IMG/VR virus record: IMGVR_UViG_3300036861_000222
Span: 1-59,125 of that record
Direction: 5' to 3' (one strand)
Source: a virus
Taxonomy: Duplodnaviria; Caudoviricetes
DNA length: 59,125 nucleotides
Below are positions 57,795 through 59,125 of this stretch, piece by piece (position 1 is the stretch's first letter; every line of letters starts with the position of its first letter). Under the pieces are notes generated by a model. It was not told the DNA's origin. It saw only the letters and a list, made by a program, of their open reading frames with translations, and searched no databases. Both the position numbers and the translations under genes were made by a program.

Positions 57795-58035
57795 AAACTG
57801 GATAAAATTACCGGGAAAACTCCTCAACAACCTTCGAAGCATTTTATCGGGAAAATTATCGTAAAATTCGTTCGAAGACTTGTAAGGGGTTTTTCCGGGA
57901 AAATTCCGCATAAATTGCTTACAAGATCTTTACACACTTTTTCGCGAAAAATTATCCGAAAATCGGTGATGACATCCATACAGGGATTTACCGGAAAAAT
58001 TATGCGTAAAATGCTGACAAGTTGTTCAAGGGATT
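57795..58035. repeat. AT-rich degenerate tandem repeat with 48-bp period
   Basis: AATT at 57806, 57854, 57902, 57950, 57998. Confidence 0.85.
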
Positions 58036-58058
58036 TTCTCGACATTTTATGGAGAAAT

Positions 58059-58298
58059 ATGCAAGAGATTGAGGAACCAACCCAGGCCGAGAAGTCCGCT
58101 CACGCGATGCTTATGCTCGTGTTCGCCTGGGTGCTCATGGTGCCTGTGGGTGGCCTCGCGGCCATGCTCGGCATTGACAAGGGGCTCCACTCCTGGCTCC
58201 CTGTGGTACCGACATTGGACTACTGGGAGGCGTTCTGGGTGATGACGCTGGTGTACATAGCCAGGTTCGTCGTCTTTACCCGCTGGGAGAGTAGATGA
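58059..58298 (+). CDS. Small membrane protein
   Basis: GGAG RBS, two TM segments. Confidence 0.65.
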   Translation: MQEIEEPTQAEKSAHAMLMLVFAWVLMVPVGGLAAMLGIDKGLHSWLPVVPTLDYWEAFWVMTLVYIARFVVFTRWESR

Positions 58299-58474
58299 AC
58301 TCAGTGGGTGCAGTGCTGTTCAACCTGATCATGTCCACGGGGCTTGGAGCCGCAGGATACGGTGTAACGACGCTCCTAGGAGGTTCCTCGCACTTGGCGC
58401 TAGTGGTCGCTGTGACGCTGTTCCTTGCCTACTGGGGTGTTTTCGTGATCATCGCTTCAGATGATATGTTCTAA
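58295..58474 (+). CDS. Small membrane protein
   Basis: ATGA overlap, two TM segments. Confidence 0.6.
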   Translation: MNSVGAVLFNLIMSTGLGAAGYGVTTLLGGSSHLALVVAVTLFLAYWGVFVIIASDDMF

Positions 58475-58492
58475 GGACACAGAGGAGATAGA

Positions 58493-58681
58493 GTGACACC
58501 ATCGAACCATGACTTGATGACCCCTAGCGAAGTGGCGAAAGTCCTCCGCGTTGATCCAAAAACAGTGACGCGCTGGGCCGCTGCGAACAAGGTGGGTTCA
58601 GTGAAGACTCCAGGTGGACATATACGCCTGTTTCGAGCGGAGATCATGGAGTTGATGGAGTCTTCGACGCAGGAGCGGTAA
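58493..58681 (+). CDS. bldC: BldC-family MerR-like HTH regulator
   Basis: LMTPSEVA...RVDPKTVTRWA...K...KT.GGH.R matches the BldC signature; GAGGAG RBS. Confidence 0.85.
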   Translation: MTPSNHDLMTPSEVAKVLRVDPKTVTRWAAANKVGSVKTPGGHIRLFRAEIMELMESSTQER

Positions 58682-58750
58682 CAGGAGCCCGGTACCCGTT
58701 CGGTGCCGGGTTTTCTGTATCATAGGACTAACGAAGAAAGGACAGATGAC

Positions 58751-59125
58751 ATGCTCAAAGACGTATCCCTGCACTTGGTGGAAGACTACCAAGACGTTAC
58801 CGCCTTCATGGAGTGGCTGGGTTCCACCACTGCGAACCGCATCGGATTCGACACTGAAGGCGAAGGACTCAACACCTTCACTGACAAGGTGCGGCTCATC
58901 CAGTTCGGGGACCGTGACCACGGCTGGGCGATTCCTGTTGACCGCTGGTGCGGCCTCGCAATGGAGGCAGTTGACCGTATCTCGGAGCGAGGCGGCCGGT
59001 TCGTCGCGCATAACGCCCGGTATGACGTTGCGATGCTCCGCAAGCACGGGATTCACTTCCCTACACACCTCGTTGACGACACCATGATGTTGAGCCACGT
59101 CGCCAATCCCGCTGTTTCAGTGGGG
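58751..59125 (+). CDS. polA: Family A DNA polymerase, 5' part (3'-5' exonuclease domain)
   Basis: MLKDVSLHLV...GFDTE (ExoI)...RLIQFG...HNARYD; in frame with ORF 35-1561 across the join. Confidence 0.92.
   Translation, partial: MLKDVSLHLVEDYQDVTAFMEWLGSTTANRIGFDTEGEGLNTFTDKVRLIQFGDRDHGWAIPVDRWCGLAMEAVDRISERGGRFVAHNARYDVAMLRKHGIHFPTHLVDDTMMLSHVANPAVSVG

Noticed and set aside
57795-58035. CRISPR mini-array
   Set aside because: Repeats are degenerate, variable parts are only about 20 nt, and there is no cas operon
57771-58058. N-terminal 16-aa-repeat extension of the 58059 membrane protein
   Set aside because: TTG start without a clear RBS, atypical AT-rich codons, a better RBS at 58051, and a 48-bp period keeps a frame open trivially; not fully excluded
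58999-59125. 127-bp direct terminal repeat as a biological genome end
   Set aside because: It interrupts the polA reading frame and equals a common assembler k-mer length; best read as a circularisation overlap
1-59125. Integrase, immunity repressor, ParA/ParB, reverse transcriptase, introns or inteins
   Set aside because: No recognisable motifs; polymerase, terminase and helicases look uninterrupted. Divergent versions among the hypothetical genes cannot be excluded

Overview
This window is an apparently complete, circularly assembled genome (~59.0 kb) of a tailed dsDNA phage with siphovirus-type tail genes. Bases 58999-59125 duplicate 1-127, so the DNA polymerase gene spans the join. The host is probably a filamentous actinomycete such as Streptomyces (inferred from BldC, WhiB, TraB/Spd-like genes and short-arm tRNA-Leu). 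Layout: (1) replication/recombination genes (PolA, RuvC-like, SNF2 helicase, RecB/Cas4-like nuclease, AAA ATPase, SSB); (2) a 3.1-kb array of 27 tRNA genes covering all 20 amino acids, with structured spacers; (3) a plasmid/ICE-type transfer module (SpdB-like membrane protein, small membrane protein, TraB-like FtsK ATPase) packed with TGAGCGCG(C) repeats; (4) a membrane-linked WhiB; (5) a minus-strand virion/lysis operon containing two glycosyltransferases and two methyltransferases; (6) an island of small, probably early genes behind strong promoters; (7) a putative small terminase, an iteron origin, a P4/D5 helicase and a prim-pol; (8) a 48-bp-period AT-rich array and a BldC homologue. I found no integrase, repressor or ParA/B. 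The best candidate for a new system is the TraB/Spd module with its embedded repeats, possibly acting with BldC/WhiB, which could let phage DNA move between hyphae without virions. All protein calls come from motif recognition by eye; no searches were run.
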